Below, one piece after another: positions 43,947 to 61,504 of a stretch of DNA of 64,000 nt (positions are counted from its first letter, which is position 1; every line of letters starts with the position of its first letter). The position numbers and the translations under genes were made by a program. The stretch is from the human T2T-CHM13v2.0 reference genome, Homo sapiens, in NCBI RefSeq assembly GCF_009914755.1, contig NC_060937.1; one strand, given 5' to 3'. Below the pieces are notes generated by a model. That model did not search any database, was not told the origin of the DNA, and saw only the letters and a program-made list of their open reading frames with translations.

Positions 43947-44321
43947 CCCAGTACTTAAGACTGAACTTCAGGAGGGAAGGAGGGGAGTTAGATGCATGTC
44001 CTCAGCCCATCTCACTTGCTTCTCACTTGTCTTAAGGGATAAATAGCCCTATCCTCCAATTCAAATTAAGTATAGTATCTTCCCTTTGCCCCTGGGCCCT
44101 GTGCACACAGACTTGTGCCTTGATAAGAACTGGCCACTACTTTTGGGTCCCTGTTCCATTACCACTCCTCTTGTGTGTTTCTTCAGCAGCTCTTACCCTC
44201 CTGATTCCTTCCTGCTCCAATCTTGTGTCCCTTCCCTCTCCAGGCCCCTGTCCACCCTGTATCTGCACTATTCTTTGTATTTTGGCACCACGATCACCTA
44301 AACTAGGAAACTGGGAATACT

Positions 44322-44782
44322 CTGTGATGGCAAATTTTGCACATTTTGATTAGGCCATGGGTGCCCAGACATTTGGTCAAACATTATTCTGGTTGTGTCT
44401 ATGAGGGTGTATCCAGTTGAGATGAACATAGGATTTGGTGGACTGAGTAAAGCTGATTGCCCTCCCAAATGTGAGTGGCCCTCGTCCAATTAGTCGAAGG
44501 CCCTAAGAGAACAAAAAGGCTGAGGAAGAGAGAACTGGTTCTACCTGACTGCCTGTGAAGTGGGACATTGATTTTGTTTTTCCTGCCTACTGGCTCATAT
44601 TGAAACGTCGGTTCTTGCTGAGTCTTCAGTATACCAGTTTCAGCCTGGAGCTAGACCATCAGTGCTCTTGGGTCTTCAGCTTGCTGACTTCAGATCTTGG
44701 AACTTCTCAGCCTCTACAATTATGTAAGCCAATTCCTTATTCTTTCGATCCATCTATCTCCCTACCTATCTATCTGGTTTCT
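44322..44782 (+). mobile_element. MLT2-family (ERVL) LTR
   Basis: gggtgcccagacatttggtcaaacattattctggttgtgtctatgagggtgt...gactgagtaaagctgattgccctcccaaatg. Confidence 0.8.
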
Positions 44783-44794
44783 CCTGCCTTCCTT

Positions 44795-44942
44795 ACTCTT
44801 CCTCATATTTTTCCCATCTTTGTATACCTATATATATATTTATCCTTCCAGGACATTCCATCTAAACTCTTCCTCATATTTTTCCCATCTTTGTATACCT
44901 ATATATATATTTATCCTTCCAGGACACTCCATCTATACTCTT
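44795..44942. repeat. 71-bp tandem duplication
   Basis: actcttcctcatatttttcccatctttgtatacctatatatatatttatccttccaggaca(t/c)tccatcta twice, 2 mismatches. Confidence 0.95.
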
Positions 44943-45052
44943 ATTTACTACATCCATCTACTACAGTGGTTTCAAGTCTTGGTTGCTTCAGAGAAAGAAC
45001 TGCCTAAAACACCGATCTGACCATGTCCCTCCCCTATTAAAAATCTTCCAGC

Positions 45053-45357
45053 AACCAGCCTGGCCTGCATGGTAAAACTCCATCTCTACAAAAAAAAAAA
45101 AAAAAAGTACAAAAATTAGCCGAGTGTGGTGGTGTGTGCCTGTAGTCCCAGCTACTCGGGAGGCTGAGGTGGGAGGATCACCTGAGCCTGGAGAGGTCGA
45201 GGCTGCAGTGATCTGTGATTGCGCCACCGCACTCCAGTGTGAGTAATAGAGTGAGACCCTGTCTCGAAAAAACAAAAACAAAAAGTTAGCAGGGCATGGT
45301 GGCGGGTGCCTGTAATCCCAGCTACTCGAGAGGCTGAGGCAGGAAAATGGCTTGATG
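45053..45357 (+). mobile_element. Partial Alu followed by a second partial right arm
   Basis: accagcctggcctgcatggtaaaactccatctctac...gagaccctgtctc, then ttagcagggcatggtggcgggtgcctgtaatccc. Confidence 0.85.
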
Positions 45358-46612
45358 CAGCTTGCCAGCCTCACAGGGTCAATAAGATAAAGGGCAAGCT
45401 CCTTGACTTGAGATTCAAGACCAGTATTTGTCCCCCGTCTCCTCCCTAACCTCATCCCTCTCCACAGATACAATTTTAACATTGTTCTTAGAGCCACAGG
45501 TGGATTTGTGGCTTATTTTCCTCAAACTGAGGTCACCTAACTGGTAAATTCAGTCTCGTACTCACACCTCTTCACTTCAGCGTTCCTGAACTACCTCTAG
45601 AGCTTAAACACAAAGTATAAACAGAATGAAGAGGCATAAAGGGTAAAGATGTGCTTTATCCCTTACCCTAGAGAGCTTGGCCTCATGATAAAATAAATGA
45701 GACAGAAGTGTTGTTTAGTTGCCAGAAAGAAGATAGGCTCTAAGTAGTAGTCTGAGCTAACTTAATAAGCTAAGCTAAAGAAGAGGAAACCTGGGTTTCC
45801 TTCTGCTGTGCCTGAAAGTCATTATCCTGGGATCCTCACATCACTGTAAAAGAGAGGACACTGGAGACGTGCAGCGATGACAAGTTCTTTTTATTTAATT
45901 TTAGGCATAGTTAGTAAGCCTCAAGAAGCCTTTCTTATTGTTTGCCTTTCCTGTATTGATTGTAGAGCTAAAGTATGCCTAATCTTTCTTTAAATACTGA
46001 CCAGTAAATCTGCTGCTTTCCTATGCCCTGGAAAAGAAAATAATCCAGCAATTCAATGAAAGAGTAGAATCACCTGTTCTTCTTGACACTGAGGAGTAAC
46101 TTAATGTCCTTGGAGAATTTGCGACTAATGAATTTCAAATTTGAATAATCAGCACTTATAATCATGTTAAATAGCTATGGCTGGAGCATTTTGATTTGCT
46201 TCTTAATTAAATCATTTACCAGAAACTAAACAGCATTCTTCAACTTTCAATCATATTGACAACCTGTTTTTGACTTCTTTACTATCCAAATATGATGGCT
46301 TTTAGAAAGTTCATAAGCATCACAATTTTTAAATAAAAAGATGAAGTCCAGTACAGTTTCTCATTTATTGTAACGGAAATCCAAATTACATAGCACAGCC
46401 CACTCAATAAAAGTCAGCTTCTGAAGTTCTATATTTTAATTCAGTGTAAATGACGTAAGAACCCTTTCCAAAAAGACTTGGCATGTTTGGTAGTGAGAGA
46501 GCAGAGTCGCCCACTGCACGTTTGCCATGGCAGTGGGGAATGTCTTGCTACCAGCGAGATGCAACACTTGCGAAGCTCTGATGTGTGTGTGAGATATTCC
46601 AAGCAGGCATAA

Positions 46613-46957
<345 letters not shown>

Positions 46958-47101
46958 TAACTATGTTTAATAAGCCTTAACATCTTGCCATATTTGCTTT
47001 AGATATTTTATTTTTAAAATAACATATTTCAGATAGAGGCATAGCCTGCTGTGCACCTCTCCATGATCCTGTGACCGTCCCTTACAAGAAGAAACCTACC
47101 C

Positions 47102-47632
47102 TGTCTTAGTTATCTATTGTTGCATAACAAATTACCCCCAGCTGAGCAGCTGAGAACAACAAACACTTACTACCCCACTGAGGGTCGGGTATCTGGGAGA
47201 GACTTAGCCAGTAGAAGCTGGCGATTCTGGCTCAGGATTGCTCACAAGGTCAGGCTGTTGTCAGAAGCTGCAGTCACATCAAAGCTGGACTGGGGCTGGA
47301 GAATTCTCCTCCAAGTTCACTTACCTGTTGGCAGACCTCAGATCCTTGCTGGCTGTGAACTGGAGGCTTCAATTCCTCACCACAGGGGCTTTCCCTAGGG
47401 CTTCCCTCACCCCCACTGTACCCCCAGCAACAGATCAGAGGGAGAATGAGAATGAGATGCTTAGGATGGAAGCTACAAGTCTTTTAATCTAACTTGGAAG
47501 TGACATACCATCACCTCTGCTATATACTACTGGTGACACAGACCAAACCTCATATGGTGTGGGACAGGACCACAACAGGTGTAATATCAGAAGATGGGAA
47601 TCACTGGGGCCATCTTCAAGGCCACCTGCTGC
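47102..47632 (-). mobile_element. MLT1-family MaLR LTR
   Basis: tgtcttagttatctattgttgcataacaaattacccc...gaagtgacataccatcac...ggaatcactggggccatctt. Confidence 0.75.
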
Positions 47633-47941
47633 ATTCCCAAGAATGTTTTTGTATTTTTACCAGATAAATATTGGATAACATAAAAAAGTATAGGTGTTTG
47701 CCTATTTTTACTCTATATAAATATCATGCTGTAAGCATCATCCTACATACAAACTTATATCTTTGAAATGTTTCTGGGTTGATACATTTAGATCTGATTC
47801 ATCTGTTTTCTCTGCTGTATGTTTCACTGTATCAATATGCCATAATTTAGGGATCCAGTGTTTAATTGAAAGACATTTAGGCCGGGCACAGTGGCTCACG
47901 CCTGTAATCCCAGCACTTTGGGAGGCCAAAGCGGGTGATCA

Positions 47942-48280
<339 letters not shown>

Positions 48281-48363
48281 TTAGACGTGGAATTACTGAT
48301 TCAAAGTGTGCATATAGCTTCCATTTTCTTATATTACCACATTATTCTCCAGAGTGATTGTAC

Positions 48364-48410
<47 letters not shown>

Positions 48411-48416
48411 TTTTGA

Positions 48417-48699
<283 letters not shown>

Positions 48700-49956
48700 T
48701 GATTGTACTAATTTATACTTCTACCAGCTATGTATGAATGTACCGTTTACTCCACGTACTAGCCAACTGAGATATCATCAGACCCTAACTTTTGCCAATC
48801 TGTTGGTTTGAATCGGTGTCATATTGTGGCTTTTATTTGCATTTCACTAATTATTATTTAAGAATTATGTTTTTGTATGTTTATGGATTATTTGCATTTC
48901 TTCTGAGAATTGCTTTTTCATATCCTTTGTTCTTTTTTCTATCGTGTTATATTTAGCTTACCAATTAGAAATAGTTTCTACATATTCTGGATACTAGTTT
49001 ATTTGTGGATTATACATATTACAATCATTTTCTTCCAGTTTGTGACTTATCACTTCATTTTTAGTGTCTTTTCTAAACTAAACTTCTAATTTTAACGGGT
49101 ATATAATGTATCATTATTTTTCTTTATTGCTTGTGCTTTTTTTGTGTCTTGATTAAAAAAAAACCCTCCCTAAACAGGGCATAATGATATTTTGTTATAA
49201 TCTTTTTAAATGTTTTAACATGTTTAATTTCAGGTTTAAAAAAAAATTATTTTGACACAGGGTCTTGCTGAGTTGCACAGGCTGGAGTGCCATGGTACAA
49301 TCATAGCTCACTGCGGCCTCCATCTCCTGGGCTCAAGCGATCCTCCCACCCCAGCCTCCTGAGTAGCTGGGACTATGGGCACAGGCCACCATGCTCAGCT
49401 AAATGTTTTTTATTTGTAGTAGAGATGAGGTCTTGCTGTGTTCTCCAGGCTGGTCTTGAACCCCTGAGCTTGGGTGATCCTCCCTCCTTGACCATCCAAA
49501 GTGCTGGAATTACAGGTGTGAGCCACAAAACCTAGCCCATGTTTAAGTTTTTAATATAACTGGAAACAGTTTTTGTTATGGGGTGAGGTAAATCATGACT
49601 TTTTTTTTTTCATATAGATAACCATTGTCCTAGCCTCATTTATTGAATAGCCCATTCTTTTCTCATTTGTGTGCAATGCAAATCTATGTCATTTAGCAAG
49701 TTTCTACACGTGTGTATCTGTCTACTTGTATATATACTAAAAACATGAGTTCATACTGAGACCTTGAATTCCAATCCAACACCACAGGGTTTGTTCTAGT
49801 GTGTCCAATTTGCTTATTTTTAACGCAATTCCTCAGCAGTGAGAAACTCTTCTTTCTCCAACAATGAAAAACATGGCTATTATTACACACAATATACTTA
49901 CTCTTTTGCTCTATCCTAAACTAAGCACAAAGTAGTTTCAATTGTTCATCCACTTA

Positions 49957-50248
<292 letters not shown>

Positions 50249-50911
50249 TCAAATTGTTCACCCATTTGTGTATAGTTATTATTATCTTTAGCCTTATATG
50301 CTATATAGTTAAGATACTGTTTTCCAAAGTTACTTAGGTTAATTTTTTTCTTCCCCATTTGCTTTAATGTCATTAATATAATTCATTTGTTTTAAAAAAA
50401 CAAGTTAGATTCATTGTATTCCCTTTTGGATTCCCCATACATCTGGGTTGATTTTAATGATTAGTTTGATGAGTATGTGACACATTGGTTCTCCTATTGT
50501 TTCTGTTTCATTCCCATCAACCCTCTGTAGTGGTGGGATTAGCTGGTCTATCACCCCTATCCAAAGGAGCAGATTCATGTTTATTTCCTTATGCTCTTTC
50601 TTACACAAAAGATAGGATACTACAGTGTGAATATTATTTTACATCCTGCCTTCTTTGCTTTACAATATACTCTGGAAATCATGCCAGATAAGTTCATGGA
50701 CATTTTCTTCATTCGTCTTTTTTTTTTTTTTTAACAACCATAGTACTCCATTGAGTGACTATACCATAAGTTGTTGGACCATTCTCCTAGGAAGGGGCAT
50801 TTAGGTTGGATTTTAATATTTTGCAATTACAAATGCTATAATGAATGACCTTGTGTATTGTTAAAGATATATCCTCAGGGTAAAATCCTAGATGTACAAT
50901 TTCTAGATTAA

Positions 50912-51224
<313 letters not shown>

Positions 51225-51649
51225 TAGTAGAGATGGGATTTCACCATGTTGGCCAGGCTGGTCTTGAACTCCTGACCTCAGGTGATCCGCCCGCCTCGGC
51301 CTCCCAAAGTGCTGGGATTACAGGCGTGAGCCACCGCGCCCAGGCTGTAGTTTTTAGTTGCAGCCAAGTAGGTGAGAAATGGTATCTCAATGTTGTTTTA
51401 GTTTGCATTTTTCTAGTTATATGAAACTTAGAACAATTTTTATATGTTTAAGGGCCATTTTATATTTCTTCTAAGTTGTTAATTTTTCTGTTGGGTTTTT
51501 GATCCTTGGTTTTGTCATTTTGAAAGAGTTTTTTATATATTACAGATATTACCCCTTTATCTGTGACACATGGTGCAAACATTTTCTCCTAGTTTGTCAG
51601 TTATTTTTTTGACTATGTCTATGGTAATTTTCCTCATCCAAACTTATAA

Positions 51650-52040
<391 letters not shown>

Positions 52041-53782
52041 TGAGCCACTGTGCCCAACCCCACACTATTGTTAAAAGAGAAATTCACTCATGGTTTTGGG
52101 GGTTTTTGTTTTCTTTTTGGTATTTTTGTGGTTTTATTTTGAAATTTAGATCCCTTATCTATTTGGAGTTTGTTCCGGGGCACAAGGTGTAATGTAGACC
52201 TAATTTTATCTTTATTCAAATGGCTACCCAGCACTACTTATTAAAATGTTTATCTTTGTCTCAGCGATTTAAGATGCCAGCTTTATCTTATAATAAATTT
52301 CCATATGTCCTTAGGTCTATTTCTGAGCTTTCTGTTCTATTCCACCAGTCTATGGTATACACATAAGCCAGTACCACATTGTTTTAATTATAGAGGCTTT
52401 GTGGTATGTTTTAATGTCTGATAGATCTAGACCCTCTGCATAAATGTTCCTTAATTTTTCTGGATATTCTTGCACGCATGTTGCTTTTGCCAAATGAACT
52501 TTAGTATCAATATGTCTAACTCCATAAAACACAGATTTGTTGGTGTTTTCACAGAGATTACATTAAACTTACTTAACCTAGTGAGAACTGACATCTTTAT
52601 TTGTGATGCTGAGTCATCCTTCCAAGAACAGGAAATGATTTCCATTCATTTGTCTAAGTCTACTTTTGTGTCTTTTCAGACTCATTTAAAGTTTTCCTCA
52701 GAGAGATGTTTTGCATATTTTTGATGAGCTTCTTCCTGTGTATTTAATGTTCTTTGCTGCTTTTCTAAATTGGACTTTCTCTTCCATTGCGTTCTCTAAA
52801 TAATTCATGTTTGTGCATATGAAGGCTATTGATTTTTGTTACTTTTATATTTTGCTACCTTATTGAATTATTGTACTGTGTGAGTCAGTTTTATCATTCA
52901 CTGTTGATTTTGTAGGGCTTTGTAGTTACATTGTCATATTATGTAAAAATAGAGACTGTTTTACTTTTTTACCAAATTGTATGCCTCTAATTAATTTCTC
53001 TTTTCTAATTACATTGGCTTATACCACTAGTATGATATGAATAGTGGTGGCAGACAGTAGGAATCCTTGCTTTGTTCCTGATTTGAATGTAAATTCTTCT
53101 ATTGTTTACACATTCAGTAAAATAGTGGCTTTAGAACTAAGGATTTTTATCAGGTTAAGGTGTTTTATCAAGTTAAGAAAACACTTCATTTCCTGTTTTC
53201 TTGAGTGCTGTTAACTGGAATGGATATCAAATTTTTGTTGAAGACTTTGTCAGCATCTATGGAGATAATAATATTTTCCCCTTAGATCTATCAGTATTGG
53301 TTTTCTAATATGGAACCAACCTTAAATTACTGGCTTAAGTCCCAATTGGTCACAATGTATTATTTCCATTCTGTGGTGTTAGATTGTGTTTGCTATTATA
53401 CAGTCGTTTGCATCTGTATTCATGAGTGACATTGGTCTCCAGTTTTCCTTTTTTCTACTCTTTTTGTAGAGTTTCATCAGGTTTAGGTATAAAAATTAGG
53501 TCATACTTAATTATTAAAAGAATAAGGAAGGACAAGTGCAGTGACTCATACCTGTAATTCCCAGAGCTTTGGGAGGCTGAGACAGGGGGATTGCTTGAGC
53601 ATAGGAGTTCGAGACCAGCCTGGGCAACACAGCAAGACCCTGTCTCTTCAAAAAATTTTTAAAAATTAGCCTGGCATGGTGGCTTGTGACTGTAGTTCTG
53701 GCTACTCCGGAGGCTGAGGCAGGAGGATTGCTTGAGCCCAGGAGTTCAAGGTTATGCTGAGCTATGATCATGTCATGTATTG

Positions 53783-54167
53783 GCAGGTTGCATTCATTTC
53801 TGGAGGCTCTGGGGCAAAATCCACTTTCTCGTCTTTACCAGCTTCACAGGCTACCCATATTCCTGGACTCATGGCCCAGTTCCATCTTAAAAGCCAGCAA
53901 CGGTTGAGTTTTTCTCATATTACATGTCTCTGACACTGATTCTTTCCTTCCCTCTTCCATATTTAAGGACTATTATAATTACATGGGGCCCTCTTTGATA
54001 ATCCAGGATAATCTCCCTAGGTAAATTCAGCTAATCAGCTAATCAGAACCTTAATTTTATCTACAGTCTTAATTCCTCTTTGCTATACAACATAACATAC
54101 TTATAGGTTCTGGGGATTCAGACTTGGGCATCTTTTAGGGGAAGGGGAACATTATTTTGCCTTCTGC
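53783..54167 (-). mobile_element. MLT1C-like MaLR LTR fragment
   Basis: ttctggaggctctggggcaaaatccac...ataatccaggataatctccc...aggttctggggattcagacttgggcatctttt. Confidence 0.75.
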
Positions 54168-54231
54168 ATTTTTAAAGCTCAAGGGCAATTTATAGAACAC
54201 TGGAACTATCTCATCTTTGAAGGTTTGGTAG

Positions 54232-55408
<1,177 letters not shown>

Positions 55409-56829
55409 AGAAGACTGTAGTGAAAATATTTGGCCCTGATGTTTTTTGTATGCAATAGTTGTTTAATAATTGTTTTTGTATATTATGGGAAATTTGCTCT
55501 ATTTAAACTTTCTCTGATGGGCTCAATTTTGGGAACCTATGTCTTTAATATAGAATTTCAAATATATCTTACGGTTGTTAATTATTTTCTATTTTCCCTT
55601 GTCATTTATTATTTTGTTATTTGTGTTCTTTTTCCCTGTTCAGGTTGGTTAGCAGTTGCTATTTTGTTAATGTTTTTCAAGTAAGTCTACTGGTTTTCTA
55701 TTCTTTACTTTAATAATTTCTGCTTTTATCTTTATTATTTCCTTCTAATTGCTTCCTTTTGGTTTATTTTGTTGTATTCTAGTTTTTTAACTAGGTATTT
55801 AAGTCATTTATTTACTTTTTTATATTTTACTTATGAAAGTGTTTCATTCTATAAATTTTCCTCTGATATATGCTTTAAATGTGTCCGATATGTTTCGGTT
55901 TGGGGGGTTTTTTTGGTTTGGTTTTTTTTTTTAGAAATTCTTTAATTTCAGTTTGCATTTTCCCTTTCACTCAAGAGTTGTTTAATAGGCTTCCTGAATT
56001 TTTCAGGTGGAAGATCTTTTTGTTTTTAGTTTTGGTTAATAATTTCTTTTTTTCCTTTTTGCATTGTGTTCAGTATGTTGTTTGTAATATTTCTAACTCA
56101 TGGAACTTACTAGTATTTTCTTTGTGATCAATTTTGATAAATGGTTTCAAGGCATTTGAAAAACAGGTATAGTCACTATTATCAAAGTATAAAGTTCAAT
56201 ATATAGCTATAAGATTTACATAATGGATTATGTTGAGGGTTTCTTAATCCACTTTATCCATTTTGAATCAAGAGTAGAAAAACTCCTTCATAAAGTTGGC
56301 TACTGTGTTTTTTGGAGCATAAATATTTATAAGTGTTACATCTTCATCACGATTTTGGCTTTCAGCATTAAAAGGTGCTAATTTTTGTTGTGTTTAACAT
56401 TTTTAGTCTTGAATCCTTATTCGTTGGATATCAGATTGCTACCTCTGCTTTCTTGTTGTTTCCATTTTCCTGGAATTGCTTTATCTATCCATTTATAATT
56501 TGCCTTCTTAATCACTTTGTTTTATATATCTTGGATGTTGTATATAGTTGAGTCTTTTAAATTGTGAGCTGAACAGAAAATGTGTTTCTTTCCAATGGTG
56601 ATTTTAGTCCATTAGATTTATTGGTATAGCTGATATGTTTGGTCTGAGTCTACATAATGTTTTATAATTATATATATTATGCATATTTCTTGTGTTTCTT
56701 TTATCTGCTTTACTCTTCAATTATGAAAAATGAAATTTAAGAAGTTTGTTGTTGTTGTTCTAGTGGTTATATTTGCACCTTTTTGAATGTCCATTGTCCC
56801 GTTTTCTTAGTTAACCTTTGAGCACCTAG

Positions 56830-57030
<201 letters not shown>

Positions 57031-57342
57031 TAGTATGGACAGGGTGTCACCATGTTGGCCAGGCTGGTCTTGAACTCTTGACCTCAGGTGATCCACCCGC
57101 CTTGGCCTCCTAAAGTGCTGTAATTACAGGTGTGAGCCACCATGCCTGGCCACCAGTTTTTAATTGTATCTTCAACTCCCACCTGTTGCCTCTACAACAA
57201 TGAATGAACTTATTTTACTCTCTTTATTCTGTCTTCCATCCCTTAGCCAGTTTTTAATTGCATTATTTCTATTTGTCAAGACATATAGCATTTGTACATT
57301 AGTCTTCAACCTTCAATTTGACTTTTTGTCTTAGATCTATAA

Positions 57343-57452
57343 TTATATATAACATATATATAGCACATATATATAGCATATATATAGCACATATTATGTA
57401 TAGCATATATATATAGCACATATTATATATAGCATATATTTATATATGCTAA
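57343..57452. repeat. AT-rich minisatellite (tatatagca(ca))n
   Basis: Read directly from the sequence. Confidence 0.85.
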
Positions 57453-57921
57453 TATCAGTCCTTTTGCTGAAAAATTTCCAGTCACCTATCAGGTGAATAA
57501 AGCTCATACACTATCCAATGCCTCAAGAAAAAACTCACAGTTTCAAGATTCCCTAAGGTTTTGTGTGTTTCACACTTTGCCAGTAGCCTTGATACTTGGA
57601 CAACTTAACTTTATATAAAATGAAGATCTATATTTTCTTTCGTTGAGCTTTTTGTCTGTTTGTTTTTAAAATACTGCTCTATTTGTTGTCTTGCTCTGAA
57701 TATCGAATACTTTTGCCCTTATAATTAAGTGACCTTTTTGCCTAGAGGTTTGGTTTTGTTTTGTTTTGTTTTGTTTTGTTTTCAGTCTCTGAATTCTAAC
57801 AGGTTTAATAAGTCTTAGAGTTGCTATCTCTGGGTTAACTTTCCCAAGTACCCAGTGGGCCCTTTCAATAGTACGTTTCAATTATCTGAAAAGTTTTCTT
57901 ATATTATAGTTTTAAGCATTT

Positions 57922-58320
57922 GTATTGGTCCATTTTGCAATGCTGTAAAGGAATACCTGAGGCTGGATAATTTATAATTTAGAGGTTTATGGCTCACAGT
58001 TCTGCAGGTTGTGCAAGCATGGCACCTGCATCTGTTTCTGTTTGGCTTTGGGTGAGGACCTCAGAAAGCTTACAATCATGGTGGAACGTGAAGGGGGAGC
58101 CAGTGCATCACATGGAGAGAAAGGGGGCAAGAGAGAGAAGAGTGAGGTGCAGGCTTATTAAATGACCAGCTCTCATGCAAACTCCTTACCATGGGGAGGG
58201 CTTCAAGCCATTTATGAGAGATTCTTCCCCATGACCCATACACCTTCCACCAGGTCCCACCTTCAACACTGGGGACCACATTTCAACAGGAGATTTAGAG
58301 AGGGTGAAATCCAAACTATT
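57922..58320 (-). mobile_element. MSTB-like MaLR LTR
   Basis: tgtattggtccattttgcaatgctgtaaaggaatacctgaggctggataatttata...ccaccaggtcccaccttcaacactgggga. Confidence 0.82.
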
Positions 58321-58972
58321 TTAGTATTGGTTTATTTTTTCTTTTCAGATAGTCTAATTATGTATTAATCCTTCTTTATCTGTTTTCCATTTTCTCTGTT
58401 TTCCCTGTGACCTTTGGTATTCTTTTATTTTTCTCATTTTTATGTTCTTGGTTGTTTTCCTACCTTTTAAAATGCCCCTTAGTAAATTTTCATGTTAGTT
58501 TATCTTACTCTGGGCACCTTGTAATTTAATCTTCATTTTTGAGATAACTTTGTCATTTTCTTTCATTGCTTTCCTAAATTAATCAACTCTTTATTATATT
58601 TTTGTTCTTTGTCCATTTATATTATTCATTTTGTATTTTTTATTCAAGATCTTTTTTCATATCCCAAATGCCAGTTTTAGTACATTTAACTCATTTTGAA
58701 TGTTCTTGCTTCATGGCTATTTTCTTGGAAAAAAATTTCAACAGTTGAGATGTGTTGGATCTTATTTTCTAGTTCTTTGTAATAACTCTGTATCTGCTTA
58801 TTCAGTTTTTTCCATTTATTTTTGCAGTATTGGTTTGCTTCTTAAGAGTCCTAATTTGGTGCCTTTTGTCTTGGAACAAAGTCCAGACTTTTTAGTGGAG
58901 TTGGGGGGTAACTGGAACAAGGGATTTGTATCTTTTGATTTTTTGGTACTCTTTTGTCTTGCCTACATTTCC

Positions 58973-61005
58973 TGACCTGAGCTAAAACTCTGTTGATCAC
59001 CTGACCTCCGTAAGCCCCTGCTCTAACTGGTAAACCACAGCAATGTTTGGGGTCTCGGGCATTAGTGTCAGTTTAGAGCCAGTGCCCAATAGTCCTTGAA
59101 AAATATGATTATTTCTTTTCTCCCAGTGAACAGTTACCTCGGTAAAAGGCAATAGGTCCCCTAGAGGCTGGAAAAAAGATTACATTTTTCAGTAGAAATT
59201 TTCAGTAGTGTCTTGGGGTCCTTGAGGAAGGGATTTCCTCAAGGATATCCAGCTTCCCCTTCATTCAAAGGGTTCTGAGTCTGTAAACTGGCCCAAGTCT
59301 GGGAATTAATTGAGTGGCCATGACTCTCTGTCTTTATGGTTAAGGTTAGACTTTGTTCACTTGACCCAGAACTTTTCTGCTCATACAGATCAAGTAAGAA
59401 TTTAATTGGCTTCCTATCTATTTCACTTCTAGGAATATCATGATCAGCTAGCCAACTTCCGTAGTTCTGCATAAGTTAGATTATTCAGATTGCTGTTTGG
59501 ACTCTGCTGTCTATGACAGTAACCATACATATCTTGCCTTTAGCAGTTGAGTGCCTCCACCTGGCCCCGCTTCCCTAGGGTTCAGATACCCCCGCTGCAT
59601 TTAGGTTTCCCAGTCCAGTTACTGTGAGATCTGACTTACATAGAAGAAGGATCACAGAGTTCTTCTAAGATGTTGGAGCTCCCTTCACAAATTTATTTCT
59701 CACAGTTGTGGTGAAATGTCCGCGTTCTAGACCCTCCCCGTGTGGGTGGGTAGGTCTCAAGTGACAAATCCACTCTGCCATGCCATTCTCTCTCAGCTTT
59801 TGAATCCCTTTCTCTACATTAAACCAAGACATGGCCAGCATGTTCAGTTCACTCACTATGGCTACCTTTTGGTCTGTGTTTCAGCCAGCCAAACTGTTAG
59901 AGCCCTTTTGGACTCCTGAAGCTGCAACATTAAATCAGAATCTCTGTTTAGTGAGCCCAGATCAGTAAATTCAGCCTGACCTAACTTTTTGTTTCTTTCA
60001 CCGTTATTCCATACACTTAGTGTCCATCTTTACACATGTTGCTTGGATTTCTGCCTGTATAAATTAGAAAAATCCAGTAGTTCCTTTGGAATGTCATGCC
60101 CCTCCTCATGGGTCATACATTGTACCTCATCTTTAGGCACCTGCTGGGACTCGAGTCTCATTACAGGTCTAGAAGCAAAGAGGAGTGGCAGGGTGGATCC
60201 TGGGGAGAGTCAACGTAGTCTTGCACAGCATCTGCCTCAGGAGAGACCATTACAGTTTCCTCAGGTAGTGTGGGGTTAATCCCCTCAGAACAGAGGTGGA
60301 AAGACTGGAGGTGGAGAGGTTGATACCATTGATACCACTGAAGGTGGGAAGGCCATTTCCTCTGGGGTTAGGGTGGCCACTTCCATTGGAGGTGGGGAGA
60401 CCAGTTCTGCCAGGGCTGAGGAGACCTCTTCCACTGGCAGAGAACACTCAGCAGAATCCATGTCCTCAGTTTCATCAGGGCCTTCCCACATGTCTCCATC
60501 CCAGTTCACGGGCTCCCATTCTTTCCAAAGCAGTGCTTTCACTTTAACAGTAGACAATAGCTACTGTTGCTGGGGTTCAACTTGTGTTGTCATTCAGCCA
60601 GTGGCAGAATGAAATTTTGTGTTTGAGTTTCAGCAATGTCAGCCCTGCAGTTAAAAGGATAAGGGTCTTCTTCAGGACACATGTAGAAGTTCTTACGTTA
60701 TTTAGGCAACACTTGAGCTGGGAATTTGAATCCCTGAGATCATCCTTTTCTTGCACTGCTGTGTCTAGTGACATTAGGAGCAACCAGCCAACATCATTAT
60801 GTTCATTAATTAAACAAAAAATTGAAACTGTCATGTACAGAAGCAGCCTTGCTTCTTTTAAGTGACTGATGAGTATCCAATGCTGATATTTTGCATCTTC
60901 CCATAAACAGTTCAGCTGTGGACTATCAGTGCTCTCTTTTCTACTGAAAATAGAGTCATTAGCATCTTCAAATTTAATCAAATTAGAAAACCATTCCAGA
61001 AACCT
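58973..61005 (-). mobile_element. ERV-L internal sequence (degenerate gag and start of protease)
   Basis: Minus-strand peptides KVKALLWKEWEPVNWDGDMW and WFNVEKGIQKLRENGMAEWI...FTTTVRNKFVKGAP are ERVL Gag-like; FQGLLGTGSKLTLMP at ~59050-59100 is protease-like. Confidence 0.85.
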
Positions 61006-61019
61006 TATATAGTAGATAG

Positions 61020-61504
<485 letters not shown>

